Source: Mobula hypostoma (taxonomy: Eukaryota). From it: DNA of 64,000 nt. Position 1 is the first letter of the stretch. Each line of letters opens with the position of its first letter. Below, one piece after another: positions 50,741 through 63,074 of this stretch. The DNA lies in NCBI RefSeq assembly GCF_963921235.1, contig NC_086097.1, positions 152,708,001 to 152,772,000 on the forward strand, written 5' to 3'. Below the pieces are notes generated by a model, which was not told the DNA's origin, did no database searches, and was given only the letters and a program-made list of their open reading frames with translations. The position numbers and the translations under genes were made by a program.

Positions 50741-51495
50741 TTAGTTGATTCCATAACTTCCGGTTATGGCTTCGCGGCCTCTAAGGGGCCAACCAAAGGT
50801 GTTTATAGTCTTTTAAAAACATAATTTTTACAATTGCAAGACACTGCTAGACATCAAGTACCGTGGGACTTCAGCAAGTTGCTCATTAGCGCTAGAGCTG
50901 GACTTGGTGTGGATCGTGTTGGTGCCTGCTGCAGAAGGGTGTCAGAGACGATGTGTGCAGTCTAACAATGAGTGATTGTTTTGAACATTTTTCTTTTAAT
51001 GACAGGATCCTGCTGGGCATTAGTAATGTAGAATACTGCAAGTCCGGTTCACTGGTTTATTGATGAGGCCAACGGTGGGGAAGCTGCTTGGCCTTGGTTG
51101 AAATGTGCACTGAGCCTCATGCTGTGGCGTTGCCTTTTGCAGTCACCCAGGACAGGTGACAATGCCCATGCTGGACTGGGGGCTGGCCCCTCCCATCTCC
51201 CATCAGTGTTCATTCAGTGGAAGAAGAACTGGATTGCATTTTATCTGTGGATTGCTTCAAGCTTGTTCTTGCAGCCAACATCCATGGACTCAGGGAGTTG
51301 GTCTAGATTATACGTATTTTTTGTGTGACTATATGTTTACTGCTATCTTATGTATCTTATGTGCTACATGTGCCTTGTGCTGTGCATGACTGTTGGGACT
51401 GTGTTTTGCACCTTGGCACTGGAGGAACTTTGTTTCATTTGGCTGCATTCAGAAGTATTCATTTATGGCTGAATGATAATCAAAGTTGAACTTGA
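50741..51495 (+). mobile_element. Non-autonomous non-coding retroposon with Rex1-like tail, nested in a minus-strand Rex1 3' UTR (50474-51870)
   Basis: Host reads GAAAGTGAGTCC | ATAGGTTGTGGAATCAG across the insert; insert ends GGCTGAATGATAATCAAAGTTGAACTTG. Confidence 0.6.
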
Positions 51496-51560
51496 TAGGT
51501 TGTGGAATCAGCCCAGTGTTGGGGTGAATGAAGTTACCCACTCTGGTCTTGGAGCCTGAC

Positions 51561-51851
51561 TTTTTTTTTATTTAGAGATACAACGTGGAGTAGGCCCCTC
51601 TGGCCCTTTGAGCCGTACTCCCCAGCAACCCCCCGACAAACCCGATTTAACCCTAACAACCACAGGACAATTTTCAATGACCAATTAACCTGTTTGGGCT
51701 GTGGGAGGAAACTGAAGAATCCAGGGAAAACCCACGCACTCCACAGAGTGGGCACATAGACTCCTCACAGAGGATGCCAGGACAGATCTCTGAACGCTGA
51801 CACCCACAGCTGTAATAGCATCGTGCTAACCACTGTGTTACCGTGGTACCC
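51561..51851 (-). mobile_element. tRNA-derived V-SINE (HE1-like), full length
   Basis: Minus strand: tRNA-like head with box A (CAGTGGTTAGCACG), V-domain-like core (GCGTGGGTTTTCCCTGG...GTTTCCTCCCACAG...GGTTAATTGGTCA), CR1-derived tail and A-tract. Confidence 0.85.
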
Positions 51852-53624
51852 GATAGCTGAGGGGTAATACCCAACCTGTCATAGTCTGCAAAGGAATCAA
51901 CAAATCACAATTACTCTTAATTTGAAATCTCTTTAAAATAGGAATATATCAAATGTATCCACATACCTCAAAGGAAGTAGAGAACTGAATACATATGTCT
52001 TACATGGCTAAGGCTTAAATCACACCATTCTTGTGCCGGTAACATCTCTGCTATTCATTACTATATCATGCATAAGCAGTTTAGCAGAAATTTATTTGAT
52101 GTAAAGTTTTAAATAGTACCTGAATTCCAGTTGTTTAACACATCTGTTAAGCTTCCAGAAGCACGTTTAGCTTAACTCTTTTTCAGGTTCTCTTTCTCAA
52201 ATCTTAATACGTTCATTCTGAATTATTCCTAAGATATGTAATAAGATCATCAGCCACAAATCTCCATTGTTATAAGGTCATGTCAAGCATCATTATTAAT
52301 TATTCAGTCAATAGGTTGACAGTGATAGAATTTCTTTTTTTTTGGCTCTTCACATTACATTGCTCTTTCTAATCCCAACCAGATGATGAAAAATAAATTC
52401 AATTTTGCTGTAAAGGGTCAGATATTTCTTTGAATGGACAATCCTGTGGGATGAGTTTACTCAAGGAACATACACTTGGGTTTTTCTTTGATAGTATGAG
52501 ATGACAGTGGGGTGACAAGGACAATGGAATGCTTCTTGTTATTTATTTTCCAGGAATGGGGCATTGTTAAGACAGCCAGCATTTTTACTCATTCCCAATT
52601 CCCAATGGTCTGTTCTTCATCAAATTATAGTATTGTTTTGCACTGTTGTAACTATATGCTATAATTATGTGGTTTTTGTCAGTTTTTTTAGTCTTGGTTT
52701 GTCTTGTGTTTCTGTGATATCATTCTGGAGAAACAAATTGTATCATTTCTTAATGCACGCATTACTAAATGACAATAAAAGAGGACTGCGTGTTCTCATA
52801 ATTTAATCTAATCTACTTTTCAAAGGAAGAAGTAAACTGCCTTCTTGAACTGCTGCAGTCCTTTATTCCCACAACATTATTGCATATGAATTTCATTGGT
52901 TTAGATCCAGCAAAAATGGGATGAGTACCAAAGATTTATTTCCATGTCAGGAACATGAATGGGAACCTGTAGATGGTGATATTCTGTATGCATTTTTCCC
53001 TTTTCCTTCTTAGTGGTAATGTTTTGTTTTGGAAGTGTTGAAGATGCTAAATAAGAAACTGCTGTAGATTTTGTATGTGTCACACTGTGCGGTCACTGTG
53101 TAATGTTGGGTAAGGTTATGAATGTTTAGTATGGTTAATGGGTTGCCAATCAAGTGGACTGCTTTGAACTTTGTTGCTTTATGTTTAAGTGTTTGTTAGA
53201 ATTGCACACTTCTGGGCAGATGGGCACTATTCCACCTTGGTCCTGACTTGTACCTTTTATATGGTGAAAAGGCTTTGGAATGGAAAGCAGTGAGTCACTT
53301 GCTGTAGGAAACCCAGCTTCGTAGCTGGTTTTGCCACCTTTGTTATGTGGCTGGCATTAGTGTGATTTTTGGGTTTAGCACATTCAGCAAATAACTTCAG
53401 CTACCAATCTTCAACTCTGAATATAGATTACATTTATAATGCAGCTCGAAACAATAGGTTCCTGTAAGCCTTGAATCACAGACCAGACAATGCTGATTAA
53501 AATTCATTTAGCTGTCTGTGGCATGGGTGTGGATAGGGAGGATTGAAGTTTTGTGTAGTTTCAAAGAAAGCATTGTGGGTGCACTTTAAATATGGAATTG
53601 TCCTTCGATGCTTAACACATAAAA

Positions 53625-54340
53625 TGTCAAGTAACATTGGACTAGCCAGACCTGTCCACCAAAAGCGTCTCAAGATGATGCCTGCTGTATCTTATTTTGT
53701 TGAATAAAGAGGCTGCTTCATTCCTACCAGTACTTTACTCCGGTGACTTCATTCACGTAATAACATCTGGTATCAGGAGTGGGATACTATCATGCGACCC
53801 ATTGTGTGGCCAGGGATCTTAACAGTCTAAATGGATGAGAATTTTTTAAATTAGCACTCACTCTTTGATCTGCTCGGGCTGGTGGTATATGGGAACTCGG
53901 GGAATCATGAACATGGCAAGCTGAACTGGTAGATATAAAAGTTGTGTGTAAATGTGCATGTGTGTTTAAAAAAGAGATGAAACTTTGTGGGTTAATTTGG
54001 TGAGAGGGAGGTACCAGTTGCGAAGGGTAGTTGTTGGAATTTCAGGACACCAGTGGGAGCTTGTATACTTCTACCAGGAGCTGCATTTTAGCATAAGCGT
54101 TTTGCGACTGTGATGCAGCAGACATCATGAGCCCAGGCACCCAGAACTGGCAGGTTGTGGAGTTCATACTCCGCAGTTTTAAATATGTATTTTACTGTTT
54201 AACTGGCACCCATCATTTATATTCTGTGTAGGGTGGAGATATTTCAGGGGGAAGCTTTACATTGATATATTTGTCAGGATGGCACCTACTGAGGTCAGGC
54301 GACATCAGGTCGAGAACCCTGGTGATCCGAGCCAGCCCTT
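53625..54340 (+). mobile_element. Gypsy-type LTR element relic: short LTR, PBS, heavily deleted internal region
   Basis: AATAAA (~53703), LTR end TAACA at 53765, PBS 2 nt downstream. LTR start (TGTCA, 53625) and 3' extent are uncertain. Confidence 0.6.
53768..53785 (+). promoter_or_regulatory. Primer-binding site complementary to tRNA-Leu(CAG)
   Basis: TGGTATCAGGAGTGGGAT matches TGGTGTCAGGAGTGGGAT (reverse complement of the vertebrate tRNA-Leu-CAG 3' end, from memory) at 17 of 18 positions. Confidence 0.8.
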
Positions 54341-54749
54341 AATCATGATTATAACAATTCATAATCCCCTCACCCCCAGGGAGTAACGAAGCATTTTGTC
54401 AGAATTGCCCTCACTTAAAGTTGCATGTGGGAATTCAGAATTCTAGTGCATGCTCGAGGAAATGGTTGAAATTCACTAGATGCCTATACATGTTGGTAAA
54501 AGCAAAGTGCCTGAGGAATATATGGGATAGTATGGCCCAGGGGTGTGGAATTGTAATGGGTAACTGTGGCATCTTACATTATCAATGTCCAATAGGGTCT
54601 TGTGATCGCAAGAGAAATGCCCAAAAAAATCATGCATGGTTACATTGCACACCCCCTTCACACTCCAACTCCGATGCCTTCGAGTAGCAGGCAACAAGAC
54701 AGTCTGCACCCAGGTCAGCTCCTCCAAACCTATTCCGACTCCTTTAATA

Positions 54750-54990
54750 CACCGACTGGCTCCTCCTTCTCCAACATGCCAGCCGGTTCCTTCTCCAACA
54801 CACCAGCCAGCACCTCTAACCCACTGGCCTGTTCCTCTGACCCACTGGCTGGCACCTCTAACCCACCGGCCTGTTCCTCTGACCCACTGGCTGGCACCTC
54901 TAACCCACTGGCCTGTTCCTCTGACCCACTGGTCTGTTCCTTTGACACACCAGCCAGCACCTCTAACCCACTGGCTGGCTCCTCCTTCTC
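54750..54990. repeat. C-rich minisatellite, 21-bp units alternating into a 42-bp higher-order period
   Basis: Alternating GGCTGGCACCTCTAACCCAC(T/C) and GGCCTGTTCCTCTGACCCACT, with 24-bp variants at the edges. Confidence 0.9.
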
Positions 54991-55249
54991 TGGATGTGCA
55001 GAGGGTATTTCCTATGGTGGGAGAGTCTAAGACCAGAGGACGCAGCCTCAGAATAGAGGATGTCCTTTTAGAACGGAGATGTGGAGGCAAAGTATTTACA
55101 TATATTTAAGGCAGAGGTTGATAGATTCTTGATTGTTCTCCTTTCATGCCCTGAACAATCGAGAATCTATCAACCTCTGTCTTGAATTTACTTAAAGCCT
55201 TGGCCTCCACAGCTGCCTGTGGCAAAGAGCTCCACAGGTACATAAAATT

Positions 55250-56192
55250 AAGTAAGTAGAGCAAAAAGAGAGGAGAAATACTGAGGTAGTGTTCATGGGT
55301 TTGTTGTCCTTTCATAAGTGTGACGGTGGAAGGGAAAAGCTATTCCTGAAACACTGAGTGTGTGTCTTCAGGCTCTTGTACCAACTCCTCGATGGTAGCA
55401 ATGAGAAGAGGGCATGTCCTGGGTGACAGAGATCCTTAATGATGGATGCCAGCTTTTTGAGGTTGTTCTGAAAGCTGAGGAGGCTATTTCCCATGATAGA
55501 GCTGGCTGAGTTTACAACTTTCTGTAAAGTTTCCAATGATGTGCTGTGGCCCCTCCCGACCAGACAGCAGTTAGAATGCTCTCCAGGGTTCATGAGTATA
55601 AATTCGCAAGTATCTTTGGTGACGTACCAATTCTGCTCAAACTCTAATGAAATATATCCAGTGTCATGCTTTCTTTGTAATTGCATCAATATTTTGTGGC
55701 CAGGAAAGACTCTTAGTGAAATTGACAGCCAGGAACTTTAAACTACTCACCTTTTCCATTTCTGATCCCTCAGTGAGGATTGGTGTGTTTTTCCTCGACT
55801 GACCCTTTCTAAAGTCTACAATCATTTGCTTGGTCTTACTGATGTTGTGTGCAAGGTTGTTCTTTCGATACCACTCAATCAGCTGATCTATCTCACTTCT
55901 GCGCACCTCCTCATCCCCAACAATACTTGTGGGGTCATTCACAAATTTATAGATGGCATTTAAGCTGTGCCTGGCCACACAGTCATGGGTGTAGAGAGAG
56001 TAGAACGGTATGCTAAGCACAAATCCTTGAGGCATGCCAGTGTTGATTGTTAGTGTTGAGGAGATGCTATTTCCAATCCACGCAGACTGTAGTCTCCTGA
56101 TGAGGAAGTCAAGGATCCATTCACAAAGGGAGGTACAGAGGCCTGGGTTTTGGAGCATTTTGATTAGAAGTGAGGGCATGATTGTGTTGAAT
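55250..56192 (-). mobile_element. Rex1/Babar RT and 3' portion
   Basis: [40 protein letters not shown]. Confidence 0.88.
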
Positions 56193-57019
56193 CATAGTGG
56201 TTGTAGTGTTTCATAATGATATGAATGCATTGCACAAGCTGTGAAAAGATCTGGCCTACTGCAAAGAATATGAATATCCACTACTGCTCATGCATTTCTT
56301 CCTCATAATCATTATCTACAGTACATTGGTAATGGATAACACTGCATAATAATTACACCACTGTTCTTACAGTATGTAATTAATCTTGATTGCAGTTCCA
56401 CTTCATCTTAAGATAATCTGCCTGGCTACCTTGCACTCCAGTGATGCAATTGTCCCTGTGTTTTATTAAATACTGAGTAGCTTTTGATACTATATTTAGT
56501 TGAAGAGAAAAAGAAAAGGTGTGGAAACATGGAGGGGTTATTTGCATTGTTCAGCACTCAACAAGCTGCAGCTGTAGTTGCTTCAAAACTTTGGATACCA
56601 ATTAATTGTAAAGCAATTAGTGATTCATTGTATGACATCTGATTGAGGTGATGATTCACATGAAAACAAATGTAATGACAGTTTTGGGTAGCTTATTTGA
56701 CTTACTGCAATTTGTATTAGCAATGATCAGAAATTACATTCAAAAAGAGAATGTGAGTGAATGCAGCAATAAAAATCAAAGAGCTCTGTATGTGGTTGAT
56801 TACAAATTACTTGATGCCTGGTGATGATTTAAAGGGTCACTTTCTACAAAAAAATACATTCACAACACACAAAATGGATTCGTCAGTGACGTATATGGAA
56901 TTGGGTTCACTTCTTTTGGAAGTAAAAGGATTTTACAGAGTTCCAGCACAGTTCACTTTTCTCTTGTTCCTCAAATAGAGTATCTGCTACTGCCTACCAT
57001 AATAGTCAGATCTTCAGGT

Positions 57020-57630
57020 GGCTACTGGCCATCTCTTTTAATTCCACTTCCCATTCCAACACAGACCTATCTCCACAGTCTCCCCTACTGCCAAACGGAG
57101 GCTAGACACAGATTAGAGGAACAACAACTTATATTTGGCAATCTCCATCCTGACGCCATCAATACCAATTTCTGTATCTTCAGGTAACTATTCCCTTCAG
57201 TTCCCAACCAGGTTTGCCTTCCCTGATTCCCCAACCCCGTCATGCCTTCTCTTCCCCCTCACCCATACCAAAATCTGCTCATCACCCACACCTTCCTCCC
57301 TCTTCCCTTTATCCCATAGTCCACCATCCTTCGCTTTAGATTTTGTCTTATTCAGCCCTTTGGCTCTTCCCCCTACCACCTCCCAGACTCTCAGATCATT
57401 CCCCCTCTCCCCCATAACCAGGATTCGCCTATCACACTGGCTTATGTTACTGCCCCCACCCCCCGCCTTTCTCCAGGAGTCTGCCCTTCTTTTCAGTCCT
57501 GGTGAATGGTCTTAGTACAACATGTTGACTGGTCATTTCCCTTTATAGATGCTGCTTTACTTGCTAAGTTTTTCCAGCACTTCCAGTGCGTTGCTCCAGA
57601 TGTTCAGCATCTTCAATTGCTCATGTGTCA
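57020..57630 (+). mobile_element. Older PLE 3' end (GIY-YIG remnant, C-rich UTR, decayed hammerhead)
   Basis: TTTAATTCCACTTCCCATTCC...GAGGAACAACAACTTATATT; CAGTCCTGGTGAATGGTCTT...ATGTTGACTG at ~57494-57531. Confidence 0.75.
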
Positions 57631-57721
57631 AACGTACGTATTGAAATCAAAATCCAGCTCACAGCAGAATCTATCTCAATCCCCAGCCCAGGTTTATAAC
57701 CTCTTTTCCCAACCTTCAGTA

Positions 57722-60300
57722 TCAAGTCAAGTCAAGTTTATTGTCATTTATCTATATACATGTGTACCATCAAATTAAACAATGTTTCTATAGACCAGGG
57801 TGTAAAACACTGTAGTACACATAACACACATAATAACTTAGGAAAGTAAGAATTAAATATAATAATTAGTTATGCATAGATAAAGTTAAGTGCATAAATT
57901 AAATATTGTAGGTACAGTAAAAAATTATCCAGTGACACTTTAAATCTGATGCATTTGGGAGTTCAGAAGCCTAAAGACCTGAAGAAAGAAGCTGTTTCCC
58001 ATCCTGACCATTCTTGTCTTTATATATCAGAGTCTCCTGCCTGATGGTAGAAGGTCAAAGAGGATGCTGGATGGATGGGTGGGATCCTTGAAAATGCTAA
58101 GTGTCCTGATAAGCACTCCTGATAAATGTCCCCAGTAGATGGTAGGAAGACCCCTTTGATCCACTTGGTCGTTTTCACAGTCCTTTGTAGAGATTTCTGA
58201 TCTGATGTTCAACTGTCCCCAGACAAGATGGAGATGCAGCTTGTCAGGATGCTCTCAATGATCCTCTGCGAACTCCATTAAGATGGTGGTGGTGGTGGGG
58301 GCGGGGAGGGACCTTCACCTGCCTCAACCTCTCAATCTTCTAAGAAAGTGGAGGCACTGCTGCTCCTTCTATTTCACGGAGGTGATATTGAGGGACCAGG
58401 TCAGGTCATCCGTGATGTGAACACCCAGGAATTTGGTGCACTTAATTCTGTCTAAGGAAGAGCCATGTCTGCGTAGAAGGGGATGGTTTACCTGCCCCTT
58501 CCCAAAGTCCACAATCATATCTTTGGTGTTCTCCACATTCAGATTTAGGTTGTTGTTCCCACACCAGTGCACCAGACACTCCACTTCCTTTCTGTACTCC
58601 AACTCATCATCGTTGTAGAAGAGCCCAACCACTGTTGTGTCACCTGCAAACTTGATGACACGGTTTGAGCTGGACGCTGCGACACGGTCATGCGTCAGCA
58701 GTGGGCTGAGCACTTGGTCCTAAGGAGCACCAGACCTTAGCGTAATGGGCCTAGAGACATTGCTGCCCACGTGGGCTGACTGTGGCCTTACTGTTAAGAA
58801 GTCCAGAATCCAATTGCAGAGGGAGGTTTTGAGACCCAGCGAGGACAGTTTCCCTACCATTTTCTGGGATATGATGGTGTTGAATGCTGAACAGAAGTCT
58901 ATAAACAGCAGTCTGGCAAATGAGACCCGATTTTCCAGGTGGGACAGGACAAAGTAGAGGGCAGAGGCTATTGTGTCATCAGTGGATTGATTTGGGCAAT
59001 ATGTGAACTGGAAAGGGTCCAGTGTAGCTGGGAGAAAGGTTTTAATGGCTCTGTGACCAGCTGCTCAAAGCTTTTCGTAATGCATTATATTAATGCCACC
59101 AGATGATAATCATTTAGGCAGATTACTGTCACTTTCTTTGCCAGTGGAATGATGGTTGCCACCTTGAAAACCAAGGGGAAAGTAGACTGTTCCAGAGAAA
59201 TGTTGAATATTTCTGTCAGCACCTCAGTTAGCTGGGCTGCACAGTTTTACAGGTTAATTGATTGGGCCCTTAGCTCCTCAGTGGAACATAGGCGATCAAT
59301 GACCTCCCGTCTCCATCATTCTCTGAAGCCGATGTTATGCTTGGAGTTCATCAACGTTTCTACAATCCATGTTGGCCAGCCTTACTCATTTCCACCTCTC
59401 ATGATGGGAACATAGGGTTGGACTTTGAGAGGCAGCGTCTTACAGAACCCAACCCAGCTTTGTGTAGGTTGACCCTGACCAGGGTCTTTCTCACCTCAGT
59501 TTAACCAGACAGAGCGTCTGCTCCCCTGTGGGGAGGGGTGCCTTCCTCGCCAGGACTTTGTTCTGTGCATGAAACTGGGTGTAAAAGACATTCAGCCTGT
59601 TGGGGAGTGAGGCATCCTCGTCACTGATGCAGAAGGTAGACTTGTAATCTGTAATCGTCTGAATTGCCTGCCATATGCACTTTATGGCTCTGGTTTTGCC
59701 GAAGTGATGGTATATTGTGTGAGAATGCTCCATTTTTGCCTTTCTGGTGGAGCAGGAAAGCATAATTCTTGCTTCCCTGAGAGCTGTCACATCCCCCAAT
59801 CTAAAGGCTGCATCCCATGCATGGATCTCTGCAGTAAGTCTTATATCTGATTTGCCCTCACAGGGATGTGTTTCGTGATGGTAACATGCTCAGTACACTT
59901 CTTTATGTAAATGGTCACAGAGACTACATATTCTCTGATGTTAATGTGGTTGCTATAGGTAGCAGCCTCTCTGAAAATTCTGCAGTTCGTGTTTTCAAGG
60001 CAGTCCCGCAGAGTTGAGATTTCCCCCTCAGGCCAGGTTTTCACCATCTTTCCAGCTGGTTTGGCCCATTTGATCAGTGGTTTGTATGATGGAATTAGCA
60101 TAACAGATAAGTGATCTGAGAGCCCAATGTGGGATCAGGGAGCTATTTTGTATGCACTTTACACGTTAGTGTAAACCAGCTCCAGTGTATTTTCACCTCT
60201 TACAGCAAAATGAACATGCTGGTGGAACGTAATCAGGACTGTTCTTAGGTTTTGCATGGTTAAAGTCACCAGTGGCAATGAGGATACCATCAGGGTATTT
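57722..60300 (-). mobile_element. Rex1/Babar LINE, degraded EN-RT to 3' tail, with a small insertion at ~59250-59475
   Basis: IATGDF, SDHL..MLIPSYK, IWQAIQTITDYK, IKFAGDTTVVGL, HPSSILFDLLPSGRR; (CTTGA)n tail. Confidence 0.85.
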
Positions 60301-61142
60301 TAAAGCTTCAATTTATCATTATTTAACTATTGCCTCCTGATTTAGCTCAGTAACTGCAATGTAACACCAAGCCATTATTCAAGTTTCTAAATAAAAAAAG
60401 ATGCATGTTGGGAAAATGTCAGTAATGTCCTCAATCTCCACTCTAATAGTTTAGATCATCAGCAGGACCATTTGATGTGAGACTTCATAACAACATACTT
60501 CTCGTTATCTATTTTCCCATATTCAACACACTGAAATTTTCAAACACATGCCATGTTATGTAGATTATCTAACAGTACACCAAAATAAGGTGTAGAATTT
60601 AATGCAGAACATTAATTAAAATGGCAAGCCTGCTGGAAATAATTTAAATCAGAAAATGTACAGCACTGAACATCACAACATTAATAAACTGAACTCTTTT
60701 ATTTGCAAATTTACTCCAATTTGCAGAACATTGACAAGTAAGCTGACTGGGTGCCTGTAAAAAGAGACTTCACTTGAAGTTTGCCAATGAGAACCTAATA
60801 AATAATGTAGAGCCCTGTTGAATTTTGTATTTGCAACAATCCACAATTCACAGAGACACTGGGATCTGTGATGTTATCTCATGACAGCGCAGCTTGAGAT
60901 ACAACAGTGAAGTTCTTCTTGAAGTTTTGCAGCTAAGTTTGTCTCCTACATAAAATGTTTTATTTAAAAGCAAACACACCCTGACTGCTGAAACTCTTGG
61001 GTCAAAAGGTTGTCTTTTCTCCTGATTTTTCCCTAAAGGCACTAAATCCTTGCTTGGGCATCTTTCTCCTTGTTCTCAGATTCACTTGCACATGAGTACA
61101 TGTGTACAAACTTTGTGTGCACACACGCATACATGCACAAAT

Positions 61143-61170
<28 letters not shown>
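61143..61170. repeat. (AC)14 microsatellite
   Basis: Perfect dinucleotide run. Confidence 0.97.
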
Positions 61171-61174
<4 letters not shown>

Positions 61175-61239
61175 AAGCAGGAAACCTAACAAACTATTTC
61201 CTTATCACTGTCAACTGCGCAGAGGCCAATCAAGATTGT

Positions 61240-62000
61240 ACTGTTGGGAGATCACTTTGTCGAGCACCTCCATTCAACTTGCCACTTCTCAGTGGCTAAA
61301 CATTTTAATTCTGATTCCCATACAGGTTCTGAGATGTTGGTCCATGGCCTCCTCTTATGCTATGCTGAGACCACTCTCAGAGTGGAGGAGCAACATCTTA
61401 TATACCATCTGGGTAGCCTCCAACCTGACGGCATGAATATTGATTTTCCTTCTGGTAAAAAAAATGTTTAGCTTCCCTTCCCCTCTTCTTCTATCCCCCA
61501 CACTGGTCATTTCCCTCTTTTCCACTTATCACCTCTCCTGGAGTCCCTCACCTTCCCTTTCTTCTCTCTGATCTCCACTCTTCTCCCCTATCCTCCAGCC
61601 CTATACCTATCCTACTCAGCTGGCTTCTCCTACCACCTTCTAGCTATCCTCCTTCCGTTCCTCCCAGCTATTTATTCTGTCATCTTGCCCCTTCTTTTCT
61701 GGTCCTGAGGAAGGGTCTCTGTCCAAAATTATTTTTTATTCATATCCATAGATGCTTCCCGACCTGTTGAGTTAACATAACATAAGAAATAAGAACATAA
61801 TAAATAGGAGCAGGTGTAGGCCATCTGGCCCATCGAGCCTGCTCCAGCATTCAATAAGATCATGGCTGATTTGGCCATGGGCTCATCTCCACCTACCTGT
61901 CTTTACCCCATAACCGTTAATTCCCCTACTATGCAAATTCCTCCAGTTTTTTGTGTGTTTTGCTTTGGATTTCCAGCATCTGCAGAATTTCTCATTTCAG
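61240..62000 (+). mobile_element. Older PLE 3' end
   Basis: GDHFVEHL...VAKHFNS...HGLLLC..ETTLRVEEQHLIYHLGSLQPDGMNIDF; decayed hammerhead GTCCTGAGGAAGGGTCTC (~61702); tail TTTCCAGCATCTGCAGAATT. Confidence 0.85.
61773..61937 (-). mobile_element. CR1 3' terminal fragment nested in the PLE tail
   Basis: (ATAAGAA/ATAAC)n tail and GTAGGCCATCTGGCCCATCGAGCCTGCTCC. Confidence 0.8.
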
Positions 62001-62319
62001 CTGGTACTGTGGCTATCTTGATCAAGAATGTTTAAGTTGTATGTTAGTAAGTAAAGCTTTTTCTTAAGAACAAGTGTCAAGCAAGTAGCAGTGAACCAGT
62101 AAATTGGCATAGAATTTGTGGAAGAACTTGAAGCGTTTAAAGCCTTTTCATCACTTATAAAGTTAAATTTAGGACATTATTGGAATATTCAATGACAGTA
62201 ATTAAACTCTACACCACCTGACCTATATTCATGCTCTCCAGTAAGGACTATTCCTGTTCCCACAACTTTTCACAAAGTTTATTTCACCCTCAGAATTCGG
62301 CCCTGCGATTTTTGTCAGC

Positions 62320-62660
62320 AAAGTGGCCACAGCAGTTAGTGCCGCTGCTTCACGGCTCCAATAACACATTCATTCCAGACCACATGTTCTCTGTGTGGAG
62401 TTTGCATGCTATTCTTATTACCATATAGGTTTCCTTGTTCTGATTCCTTCCAAATCCCCAAAATGTGCTGATAGGTTAATTTAAAATGTAAATTACTCTT
62501 TAATGTAAGTATTTGGCAAAAATAATAAAAGATGAGCAGAGATGTATGTGAAAGAGAATAGGTTTAAGGTTATTGGGAAATAAGAGGGTGTAGGACATAT
62601 GGGGTTGTCTTGTGAGCAGTTAGCATGGATCCAAAGGACTGATTGAGCTTCTTCACCATC
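62320..62660 (+). mobile_element. Degraded V-SINE
   Basis: GCAGTTAGTGCCGCTGCTTCACGGCTCCA head; TGTGTGGAGTTTGCATG...GGTTTCC...CCCCAAAA...GGTTAATT core. Confidence 0.65.
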
Positions 62661-62914
62661 ATAGTGAATATGTGAAACAGCAGTATCATGGGATCCACAT
62701 AAGCTCCAAATTCTCTCCAAGTTCAAACACTATCTTCACCTGAATGCATATCACTGCTTCTTTATCATCTCAGGCTCAAATGATCAGATTATGGGAACAG
62801 AATCATTAAAGACTACAGTCATTCAGAGATTTTTCAATAAATTATAGATGTTCCTACTTCCCTCACCTTCATCTCAAAATCAAGTGTAATCAAAAATCTT
62901 CTAAAATGTGCAAA

Positions 62915-63074
62915 TAAAAAATCAAATTATGTACACCCTTTCAGATATTTTCTGCGAATGTCTGTAACTCCCCAGTTGCTAATTTAAATTCCATTAAAAA
63001 ATCAAATTATGTACACCCTTTCAGATATTTTCTGCGAATGTCCGTAACTCCCCAGTTGCTAATTTAAATTCCAT
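62915..63074. repeat. 80-bp tandem duplication (2 copies, 1 mismatch)
   Basis: 62915-62994 equals 62995-63074 except T62963/C63043. Confidence 0.95.

Noticed and set aside
51780..51851. tRNA gene
   Set aside because: tRNA-like head of a SINE; box B is decayed, there is no cloverleaf, and it is fused to a V-domain and LINE tail.
54476..55109. 204-, 157- and 142-aa repetitive ORFs as real proteins
   Set aside because: They are open only because the minisatellite units are multiples of 3, and they run into a CR1 fragment.
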